Below the pieces are notes generated by a model. It did no database searches. It was not told the DNA's origin and saw only the letters and a list, made by a program, of their open reading frames with translations. The position numbers and the translations under genes were made by a program. From a bacterium (lineage in GTDB: Bacteria > JAMCPX01), in the NCBI GenBank assembly GCA_037439545.1, contig JBBIVV010000024.1, positions 7,638-33,249 of the forward strand: a stretch of DNA of 25,612 bases. The letters are read 5' to 3'. This document shows positions 18,046 to 25,612 of this stretch, one piece after another (position 1 is the first letter of the stretch; the number at the start of each line of letters is the position of its first letter).

Positions 18046-18903
18046 TTATTTACCCCTGCTTTTCTTTCGCCGTGTATTGAAGAGATCGAAAGCTACATAA
18101 ATGACAAAGAGCGTAATCAGTATTCCGATAAACCAGGTATAGAATAGCCTTACGATGTATGGTCCTTTTTCCCCTTGTTTGCTTACGATAACGTGGACAG
18201 GACTTTTAACGAAATTCTCAGTTGCATTCGGGTGGCATTTCCCGCATGTTTTTGCAAGGTGAGCCCTACTGATGGATGATCTGGGATCGCTTGATGGCAG
18301 GATTTCATGGACGCCATGACAGCTTGCACAGTTTGCAGCCCTGAGGTCGCCGAATTTAAGTGCAATGCCATGAAAGCTATTTTCATAGGTCATTAATCTA
18401 TTGAGCGGGAGATTGTATTTCTGTGCGAGCTTCACGGAATCGTGACAGCTTGAACACGTTTTCGGAATGTTTTCCGGATATACCTTCGCAACCGGGTTCG
18501 TTATCTTTAATATACCGTGTGCACCATGGCAATCCGTGCAAACAGGTGCCGCTTCTATGCCCCTTTTTATAGCAATCCAGTGAATGCTTTGTGTGTATTT
18601 ATCATACACATCCCGATGACAGGTGGAACACATTCCCGGGATACCGGTTTTCTGAATCGTGGTCGTTGTAATATGGGGATATCCTTGTATAGCGGTGTGA
18701 CATTGGGTGCAGGATATACCTTTATGGGAGGATATGCTTAAAATACCCTCACTTATATACATTCCTTCCTGTCTCACATTCTGGAACTTATGATAAAAAT
18801 TCTTATCACCGTGACATTGCATACAATTTGCATCAGTCATACTGTATGCATTTGCCTGCAAACAAAGCGATATGACGCTAAAAAGCAATATAAATTTTCT
18901 CAT
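18046..18903 (-). CDS. Heptaheme cytochrome c with signal peptide and C-terminal membrane anchor (CbcA-like)
   Basis: 7 CXXCH motifs, signal peptide (...LQANAYS), C-terminal TM helix followed by a basic tail. Confidence 0.9.
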   Translation of the reverse strand: MRKFILLFSVISLCLQANAYSMTDANCMQCHGDKNFYHKFQNVRQEGMYISEGILSISSHKGISCTQCHTAIQGYPHITTTTIQKTGIPGMCSTCHRDVYDKYTQSIHWIAIKRGIEAAPVCTDCHGAHGILKITNPVAKVYPENIPKTCSSCHDSVKLAQKYNLPLNRLMTYENSFHGIALKFGDLRAANCASCHGVHEILPSSDPRSSISRAHLAKTCGKCHPNATENFVKSPVHVIVSKQGEKGPYIVRLFYTWFIGILITLFVIYVAFDLFNTRRKKSRGK

Positions 18904-19035
18904 ATTTTATCCTTTAATCCATGCTATACCAAATCCTCCCTACAATCAAAAAAACACTTCGTCAACCGATTTTTAGTTTGTTAAATAAAAAGCTATATTT
19001 AATTATACAGTTTTATACGCTTCCTTGAAAATGTA

Positions 19036-19064
19036 TTGACATACTGTTTTGCAGATTACATAAT
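19036..19064 (+). promoter_or_regulatory. sigma70-like promoter for the fused b/c cytochrome
   Basis: TTGACA (19036-19041), 17 bp spacer, CATAAT (19059-19064). Confidence 0.6.
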
Positions 19065-19107
19065 TAATCCAAATTTTATGCTATATTTCTCAAGAGGAGA
19101 GAAAAAG

Positions 19108-21120
19108 GTGTTTAAATATTTTAAAAATGTTTTCAGCTCAATATCGTGTGCGTTACTTCTGTACACTACATTCGGTGCAATTTATGTACAGGCAGGGACT
19201 TCGGTCAATAAAAGAAACAAATTTCAGCATGAAGTTTCAGTACTGACCGGCAAGAGGCCGCAATTCACCAGCAGTGACTGTCTTGCCTGCCATGGAGTAA
19301 AGACGGACGGAATACCATACATAGATGCGGAACATCTTAAAAAATCAATACATAAAGAGCTTACCTGTACTGATTGCCACACGGCGGTCAAAACACTCCC
19401 GCATCAGGAAAAACTTCCGCCCCCTGATTGCGGTCAGTGTCATACCGATGTGAGTGCGCAGTACAAAAAAAGCATCCACGGAGAAGCGACCAGAGAAGGC
19501 ATAACCAAGGCAGCCCATTGCTGGGACTGTCACGGCAAACATGATATTCTTTCTGCAACCGATCCTTCTTCAACCGTTTTTCCCAGGAACCTTCCGTCAA
19601 CCTGCGGCAAATGCCATAGCAGTTCGGACATGGCAAAGGAATACAACATACCGGTGACCAACCCGTATCAGTTGTACGAAAAAAGTATCCATGCTGCGGC
19701 ATTGAAAGATGGACTCCCGGCTGCAACATGCTCCGACTGTCACGGTGTCCATGATATTTTGCCATTGAACATTACGACTTCAACGATAGCAAAGGCGAAT
19801 GTTCCGAAGACCTGTTCGAAATGTCATGAGCAGGAATACGAAAATTACATTCAATCTTCACACTGGAAAGCATTTAAGCAGGGGATAGCGAGGGCTCCCG
19901 TATGTACGGATTGCCATGCGGAGCACGGAATTCTTTCAAAAGATAATCCGGATTCCCCTATCTATCCATTAAATGTACCGAAGACCTGTACGGACTGCCA
20001 CGGCAATATTCAACTTGCTGAAAATTTCGGACTTCCTGCCGTAAAGCTTTCCACCTATTTACAGAGCTTTCACGGTGTTATGATAAAAGGCGGCAGTGTC
20101 GTCGCTGCCAATTGTGCTTCATGCCATAGAGCCCACAAAATTCTGCCTGGCTCGAATCCCGAGTCCTCGGTATGCCAATGCGCATTGCCGTCAACCTGCG
20201 GCAAATGCCATCCGGGTATAACCAAGGCAGACATAAAGCATTTGAAAGAAATTCATGGCCCTATGGGTAAGAATAAAGGGATCGTGGATTTAATTCAGAC
20301 GATGTATGTATGGCTTATATCCGTCACTATCGTGGGTATACTTATTTTCGTATACGCAGATTTCATAAGAAAGATCATCAATAAAGAAAAAGATAAATTA
20401 ATAAAACTCGATGATAAAGGAGACTATATAAGATTTACACCGGCAGAAAGGGCCATGCATCTCGTACATCTTTTCGCATTCTTCGTTCTTGCGTATACGG
20501 GTTTTGCACATCACTGGCCTGATTACTGGTGGAGTGCGTGGCTGACGCATATAGACAATGGTATTGTCCGCAGCTGGATTCACAGGATTTCCGGAGTTGT
20601 CCTTCTGGGAGTGTTTATTTTGCAATTTGTTCTTATGGTCGTTACAGAGCGCGGCAAAGAGCAGCTCAAAGCATTGTTGCCCGGATTTGATGACGTAAAG
20701 GGAGCACTGGACTTGTTCTTTTACAATATAGGTCTCACCGGTAAGAAGCCGGCGTTCGGCAGATTTACACCTTTTGAGAAATTCGAATACTGGGCGCTTG
20801 TTTGGGGCAACACGCTTATGGGAATAACCGGCATGGCACTCTGGTTTACGACCGTTACCCTCGCACTTCTGCCCAAATGGTGGCTCGATCTGTTTATCCT
20901 GATTCATTTCTATGAGGCAGTTCTTGCAACACTTGCCATACTTATATGGCACCTGTACTGGGTCGTGTTCGATCCGATAATGTATCCGTTTAATCCGTCG
21001 ATGTTCACGGGTAAAATGCCCATGAAAATAATGGAAGAGGAGCATCCGCTTGACCTTACGGAACATGAATCAATAAAAGGATCCACTGGGAATAAAAATG
21101 AAACCGATCAATATAAATAA
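19108..21120 (+). CDS. Fused multiheme c / di-heme b cytochrome (CbcL-like quinol oxidoreductase), 11 CXXCH
   Basis: GTG at 19108 after AGGAG, signal peptide, 11 CXXCH, linker TM, then cytochrome b domain ('ERAMH', 'WIHRISG', 'RFTPFEKFEYWALVWG', 'IHFYEAVLATLAILIWHLY', 'EEHPL'). Confidence 0.9.
   Translation: MFKYFKNVFSSISCALLLYTTFGAIYVQAGTSVNKRNKFQHEVSVLTGKRPQFTSSDCLACHGVKTDGIPYIDAEHLKKSIHKELTCTDCHTAVKTLPHQEKLPPPDCGQCHTDVSAQYKKSIHGEATREGITKAAHCWDCHGKHDILSATDPSSTVFPRNLPSTCGKCHSSSDMAKEYNIPVTNPYQLYEKSIHAAALKDGLPAATCSDCHGVHDILPLNITTSTIAKANVPKTCSKCHEQEYENYIQSSHWKAFKQGIARAPVCTDCHAEHGILSKDNPDSPIYPLNVPKTCTDCHGNIQLAENFGLPAVKLSTYLQSFHGVMIKGGSVVAANCASCHRAHKILPGSNPESSVCQCALPSTCGKCHPGITKADIKHLKEIHGPMGKNKGIVDLIQTMYVWLISVTIVGILIFVYADFIRKIINKEKDKLIKLDDKGDYIRFTPAERAMHLVHLFAFFVLAYTGFAHHWPDYWWSAWLTHIDNGIVRSWIHRISGVVLLGVFILQFVLMVVTERGKEQLKALLPGFDDVKGALDLFFYNIGLTGKKPAFGRFTPFEKFEYWALVWGNTLMGITGMALWFTTVTLALLPKWWLDLFILIHFYEAVLATLAILIWHLYWVVFDPIMYPFNPSMFTGKMPMKIMEEEHPLDLTEHESIKGSTGNKNETDQYK
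19594..20211 (+). repeat. Exact 24-bp direct repeat within the 11-heme gene
   Basis: CCGTCAACCTGCGGCAAATGCCAT at 19594-19617 and 20188-20211 (both encode PSTCGKCH). Confidence 0.9.
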
Positions 21121-21140
21121 GACGATGGAGGAGGAATGAT

Positions 21141-22049
21141 ATGAGTTTGCTTGTTGTTGGTTCAGTTGCATTTGATTCTGTAGAAACACCGTTCGGTAAA
21201 GTGGAAGATGCATTAGGTGGTTCTGCTACATACTTTTCTACGGCAGCAAGTTATTTTACGGATGTAAAATTAGTGGCTGTTGTCGGGAGTGATTTCCCTG
21301 ATAAGCATATAAGGTTCCTTGAGAAAAGAGGGATAGATACCAAAGGGTTGCAAAAGACGGAGGGAAAGACCTTCAGATGGAAAGGAAGATACGATTTTGA
21401 CTTGAATCAGGCACACACCCTCGACACACAACTGAATGTTTTTGCATCATTTAACCCAAAATTGCCGGAAGGATATAAGAACACAGAATATGTTTTTCTT
21501 GCTAACATAGATCCGGGTCTTCAACTTGAAGTATTAAAGCAGGTAAGAAAGCCCAAGCTTATTGCATGCGATACAATGAATTTCTGGATAGAGAGAAAGC
21601 GCAAAGAACTAAAAAAGTTGCTCGAGTATGTCGATATTCTCACCATAAACGAAAGTGAGGTGCGTGAGCTTACGAAACAGTCTAACCTTGTAAAGGCTGC
21701 AAAGACTATACTTTCTTATGGACCGAAGACCATAATAATAAAAAGGGGTGAATACGGGGTATTGATGTTCTCGGATTCGAGCGTATTTTCTGCACCGGCA
21801 TACCCTTTGGAATCGGTTTTCGATCCAACGGGGGCAGGGGACAGCTTTGCGGGCGGATTTATGGGTTATCTCTCGAGCGTCGATACTATAAATGACAGAA
21901 ATATAAGACAGGCAATTATAGTCGGCAGTGTAATGGCATCGTTTAATGTAGAAGATTTCAGTCTTAACAGGTTTAAAAAGCTTGTGAACAAGGAAATAGA
22001 AAACAGGTTCAGGGAATTCAAAAAAATAACGCATTTTGAAGACTTGTAA
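21141..22049 (+). CDS. PfkB/ribokinase-family carbohydrate or nucleoside kinase
   Basis: 'VVGSVAFD..ETPFG.....LGGSATY', 'INESE', 'IKRGEYG', PfkB signature 'DPTGAGDSFAGGF'. GGAGG RBS. Confidence 0.92.
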   Translation: MSLLVVGSVAFDSVETPFGKVEDALGGSATYFSTAASYFTDVKLVAVVGSDFPDKHIRFLEKRGIDTKGLQKTEGKTFRWKGRYDFDLNQAHTLDTQLNVFASFNPKLPEGYKNTEYVFLANIDPGLQLEVLKQVRKPKLIACDTMNFWIERKRKELKKLLEYVDILTINESEVRELTKQSNLVKAAKTILSYGPKTIIIKRGEYGVLMFSDSSVFSAPAYPLESVFDPTGAGDSFAGGFMGYLSSVDTINDRNIRQAIIVGSVMASFNVEDFSLNRFKKLVNKEIENRFREFKKITHFEDL

Positions 22050-22133
22050 GCCTGGAGCAATATGTACCTTTACGCCGTCAGAAAAAGCCACTGTCAGCGT
22101 AAGCCGTAAAAGAACGAAGTTCTCTCACGGGGT

Positions 22134-24158
22134 TTACTGTTTTATAAATACGGGAATTACCGTGAGGGTGGCTGGATAGCCGGCAAGGTTTGCCGGACCT
22201 ATGAACGTACCTCCGGTAAAATAATCCTTCCATGTTCCTGCAGGCAGGTATACATTCCGCGCCCTTATACCCTGTGTGAAGACCGGACACACGAGATATT
22301 GATCGCCGAGCAGGAATTCATCATCAATTGTATAGGTAGTGCCGTCGGCAGGATAATTGAAGAAAAGGGGTTTGACCGGAGGCATACCTGATGTTGCAGC
22401 ACTTTGTGCAAGGCCTATCATATAGGTCGAGAGTGATTGGTGAATCCCTGCATAGAATTTAGAAATATCGATGGTCTCCTGTGGAGAAGGGAACCCGGTT
22501 AATCTGGAATCCCAGGGTGTAATGGAGATCTGCATGAGCGGCATAAAAGCGTTCATTTCCATCCATCGTATATAAAGCTCGGCTGACGGAAACCCCGTGT
22601 ACCCGTTGCCGCCGATCATGTCGGGAAGCACAAAGGGATATCCTATCATCTCCAGTGCAAACATCTGAGTCAGCACTGATTTCAAACCGTTGTTATTGCC
22701 CCAGCTTGAGTCCTTGTCATACTCCCGCATGATTTGACCATCGTTCTGATTGAACCATCCTGACCTGAATTCCATTGCAGGTACATGCCGATGAAGTGTT
22801 ATATAAAAATCAGAGTACTGGTTCGGCGTCAGGTAGCCGGTCGTGACCCCGTCAAGAGGGAACCAGTTCGACTCCCCTGCATCGAACTTGAAGCCGTCAA
22901 TGCCGTAGTGAGAGACAATACTGCCGAGCAAGCCTGCCCACCAGTCCAGGGTATTCGGGCCTGCAAAGTTGATGAGCCCGGCTTTCTTTGTGGTGAATGT
23001 GTCCCACCAAGCAACGAGTGAAACGCCCCCGGTTTTCGATTGGACAAAGTATTTTTGGGACGGTGTACCGAAGTTGGAAGAATCATTGTCTACAAACGGA
23101 GGCACCCATAATGAAACCGTAAATCCCATACCGTGCAATTGGTCTATCATTGCTTTTGGATCGGAAAATTTTGCAGCGTCGAAATCAGTGTCTCCCCAGT
23201 TTTTTTGCCACTTATCATCGATCTCAAGAATTGAATGAGGAAAACCGAGGGTCGTTATGCTCTGTGCAAAGGCGATAATATTTGTTTGATTTATCCCATA
23301 AAGATATTCCGCCCATGTTGACCATACAGGTCCTTGAAACATGGCAGGCGCAGGTAAGCTTACCGGCTGCCATGCTTTTTTATAGGTATAGTTTGTGGAG
23401 ATCCAGTCCTTGTATGCAGAAGGTATATCGTTGTCTGCAAGAATATAATAAGAAAATTGGTTCGAGTTGCCTGTGAGCGTGAATATGCCGTTATCAAGGC
23501 TGACGCACAGGGGGCCATAGCTGTCTACGAACAGTCCTGCGCCGCTCGAGGTGAGCCACAGGGGCGTTATGATGTTGTTCTGGTCTGCCGTTTCGAGCGG
23601 GCACCTTGTAAAGCTGCCGGTATCAAGCGGAAACCATTGCTGCCCGGATTCTATACTCCCGTCAGCCGGGTTCAGGTAATTGCCGAGCTCTCCCTGTCCG
23701 TACCAGTGTCCTGAGGTTGTGACTGAAAATGCATCCCCGATATTCTTAACATTGCCGTTCTGGCCGGATACATCCACTTTGATCATTTTATCCATGAGCT
23801 GGAAGGTGTAGGTGATCCACCCTGCCTGATTGCTGTGCAGATAAACAGTCGCACCGCCGGATGTTTGGTCATAGCCAGACGCGGAAAATGTGCAGGCGTA
23901 GGAGCTGTTCAAAAGATAGCTTCCGGTAGCGCTTATCGAGGATGAAGAAGTACAGGGTATGGATGCCAGTATTGTTTGCCCATGAGAGGTAACGGTAAAA
24001 TTATAGGGAGACCTGTTTATCGTCAGCGTATAATTCGCATTTTCCAGGACAAGTGCCGGACCCATCGGCTTAAAACTTAAGCCTTTGCCCGTGCTGGCGC
24101 AGCCTGATATCACTGCCAAAAAAAACATTATAAAAAGACCGGTTGTTCTTTTATTCAT
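22134..24158 (-). CDS. Glycoside hydrolase family 31 lipoprotein (NET37/MYORG-like group)
   Basis: Lipobox ISG|C (Cys20), 'PVWSTW', 'LEIDDKW', nucleophile motif 'IDGFKFDAGE', 'LPDMIGGN', 'ELYIRW', 'DEFLLGD..LV.PV...VYLPAGTW'. Confidence 0.88.
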   Translation of the reverse strand: MNKRTTGLFIMFFLAVISGCASTGKGLSFKPMGPALVLENANYTLTINRSPYNFTVTSHGQTILASIPCTSSSSISATGSYLLNSSYACTFSASGYDQTSGGATVYLHSNQAGWITYTFQLMDKMIKVDVSGQNGNVKNIGDAFSVTTSGHWYGQGELGNYLNPADGSIESGQQWFPLDTGSFTRCPLETADQNNIITPLWLTSSGAGLFVDSYGPLCVSLDNGIFTLTGNSNQFSYYILADNDIPSAYKDWISTNYTYKKAWQPVSLPAPAMFQGPVWSTWAEYLYGINQTNIIAFAQSITTLGFPHSILEIDDKWQKNWGDTDFDAAKFSDPKAMIDQLHGMGFTVSLWVPPFVDNDSSNFGTPSQKYFVQSKTGGVSLVAWWDTFTTKKAGLINFAGPNTLDWWAGLLGSIVSHYGIDGFKFDAGESNWFPLDGVTTGYLTPNQYSDFYITLHRHVPAMEFRSGWFNQNDGQIMREYDKDSSWGNNNGLKSVLTQMFALEMIGYPFVLPDMIGGNGYTGFPSAELYIRWMEMNAFMPLMQISITPWDSRLTGFPSPQETIDISKFYAGIHQSLSTYMIGLAQSAATSGMPPVKPLFFNYPADGTTYTIDDEFLLGDQYLVCPVFTQGIRARNVYLPAGTWKDYFTGGTFIGPANLAGYPATLTVIPVFIKQ

Positions 24159-24290
24159 CTGTATCCATCCTTTTTGTAGTATGGTATCACAGTCATGGGT
24201 GTTTCGTAAACCCGGATACTGACAAAATGCTGGACATATAAAATAATAATTGATAATAAAATCAAAAAAATAAAAAAAGGAGGATGTTAT

Positions 24291-25478
24291 ATGAATAAAG
24301 GTCCGAAAGATGCGGTTATAGTAGCTGCGACAAGAACAGCGATAGCAAGGGCAAATAAAGGCAGTCTGATAAATGTAAGGGCTGATGATTTTGGTGCAAT
24401 TGTCGTTAAAGAGGTCGTGAAAAAGACTCCGAAGCTCGATCCGAGATTAATAGAGGATCTTGTTGTCGGATGCGCAATGACAGAAGGCGAACAGGGACTG
24501 AATGTAGCGAGGGTCATCGGTATCCTTGCAGGCCTTCCGGTAGAAGTTCCTGCGGCAACCCTGAACAGATTTTGCTCATCGAGCCTCGAGGCGATAAACT
24601 TCATTGCACTGCGTATCATGGCAGGATACATCGATTCCGGTATAGGGGCAGGTATCGAGAGTATGACGCACATACCTATGGGAGGACTGAACCCGGACAA
24701 GGTATTGAATGTGCCGTTTTTAAATGATGTTCAGGACGGCAAACAGCCGAACGTATATATAACCATGGGACAGACGGCAGAGAACGTTGCGGTCGAGTAC
24801 AAGATATCAAGAGTGGATCAGGACAAGTTTGCCTATGAAAGCCACATGAAGGCTGTAAAAGCGATAAAAGCCGGCTTGTTCAAAAAAGAGATTATCGGCA
24901 TTAATGCACCGCAGGCAGACGGATCCATGAAGTTTTTTGATACTGATGAGTGTCCAAGAGAAGGTACATCACTTGAAAAGCTTGCGACACTGGCGCCGGC
25001 TTTTTCTGATACAGGCAGCGTAACAGCAGGGAACTCGAGTCCTCTGAACGATGGTGCCGCTGCCGTGATGATTATGTCGAGGGAAAAGGCAAAGTCACTG
25101 GGGATTGAGCCGCTCGCAACAATAAGGGGAATGGCAGTTGCAGGTGTTAAGCCCGAACTTATGGGCATAGGTCCCATATATGCTGTCAGAAAATTACTTT
25201 CCAAAGCAGGGTTAACAATAAAGGATATCGGTGTCGTGGAACTGAACGAGGCATTCGCTTCCCAGTCTCTCGCAGTCATCAGGGAACTCGGTATACCGTT
25301 CGAGAAGGTAAACCCGAGGGGTGGAGCATTGGCAATAGGACATCCGCTTGGTGCGACAGGCGCCAGAATCATGACAACGCTCGTTCACGAGATGGCCGCT
25401 AACAATATAGAACTCGGAATTGAGACCATGTGCGTCGGAGGCGGTCAGGGCGTTGCCACGCTTGTTGAAAGAGGCTAA
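24291..25478 (+). CDS. Second thiolase (acetyl-CoA C-acyltransferase)
   Basis: NRFCSS, NEAFA, GHPLG, CVGGGQG motifs. AGGAGG RBS. Confidence 0.93.
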   Translation: MNKGPKDAVIVAATRTAIARANKGSLINVRADDFGAIVVKEVVKKTPKLDPRLIEDLVVGCAMTEGEQGLNVARVIGILAGLPVEVPAATLNRFCSSSLEAINFIALRIMAGYIDSGIGAGIESMTHIPMGGLNPDKVLNVPFLNDVQDGKQPNVYITMGQTAENVAVEYKISRVDQDKFAYESHMKAVKAIKAGLFKKEIIGINAPQADGSMKFFDTDECPREGTSLEKLATLAPAFSDTGSVTAGNSSPLNDGAAAVMIMSREKAKSLGIEPLATIRGMAVAGVKPELMGIGPIYAVRKLLSKAGLTIKDIGVVELNEAFASQSLAVIRELGIPFEKVNPRGGALAIGHPLGATGARIMTTLVHEMAANNIELGIETMCVGGGQGVATLVERG

Positions 25479-25513
25479 TCAGGAATTTAAGGATAATCAG
25501 ACTTATAGACCGG

Positions 25514-25544
25514 TGGAGCCCCGCCAAAGGCAGGGCTCCATTTT
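25514..25544 (+). terminator. Intrinsic terminator after second thiolase
   Basis: TGGAGCCC(C)GCC-AAA-GGC(A)GGGCTCCA followed by TTTT. Confidence 0.8.
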
Positions 25545-25612
25545 AATGCATTTTTCTGGTTGAGTATAATTTGCGGAAACCGTAATTGAATATTCTCACC
25601 CTCGAGTAAGTC

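Noticed and set aside
19036..19107. TTG start at 19036 given in the ORF track
   Set aside because: The TTG is part of the TTGACA -35 element. The AGGAG RBS and signal peptide support GTG at 19108.
20398..21066. 222-aa minus-strand ORF opposite the cytochrome b domain
   Set aside because: Antisense shadow of a conserved coding region. The same applies to 601-972, 14431-14937, 21609-22091, 24287-24700 and 24833-25372.
22050..22133. Imperfect hairpins between the convergent PfkB and GH31 genes as a small RNA or tRNA
   Set aside because: No cloverleaf or T-loop and the stems are mismatched. Probably weak termination structures.
24248..24266. TTGAT-AATAAA-ATCAA upstream of the second thiolase as an FNR or Fur box
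   Set aside because: The spacer is 6 nt, not 4, and the context is very AT-rich, so a chance match is likely.

Overview
AT-rich chromosomal window, apparently from a diderm anaerobic or facultative bacterium (outer-membrane FadL-type barrel, System II cytochrome c maturation, many multiheme cytochromes). Left to right: 3' end of an Acr3 arsenite exporter; a NifB/NifX-family protein; an unannotated AAA+ ATPase/DUF4143 gene remnant; an FmdE-family + TauE/SafE pair behind a perfect FNR-type box; FadL-like barrel + PAP2-like membrane enzyme; fadA-fadN beta-oxidation genes behind a Bacillus-type FadR palindrome; resB-ccsA; panBCD on the minus strand, preceded by a pan-motif hairpin and a terminator; a divergent multiheme cytochrome cluster (13.4-21.1 kb); a PfkB kinase; a lipoprotein GH31 glycosidase; and a second thiolase. 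The most striking element is the cytochrome cluster. It holds three paralogous cytochrome b/c (CbcL/CbcBA-like) modules whose c-type arms carry 7, 9 and 11 CXXCH motifs built from one two-heme repeat, plus a membrane-anchored NapC/NirT-like cytochrome with 17 CXXCH + 1 CX3CH motifs (44 canonical motifs in total). No rRNA, tRNA, CRISPR array or intact mobile element was seen. All family calls come from motif recognition by eye, not from database searches.
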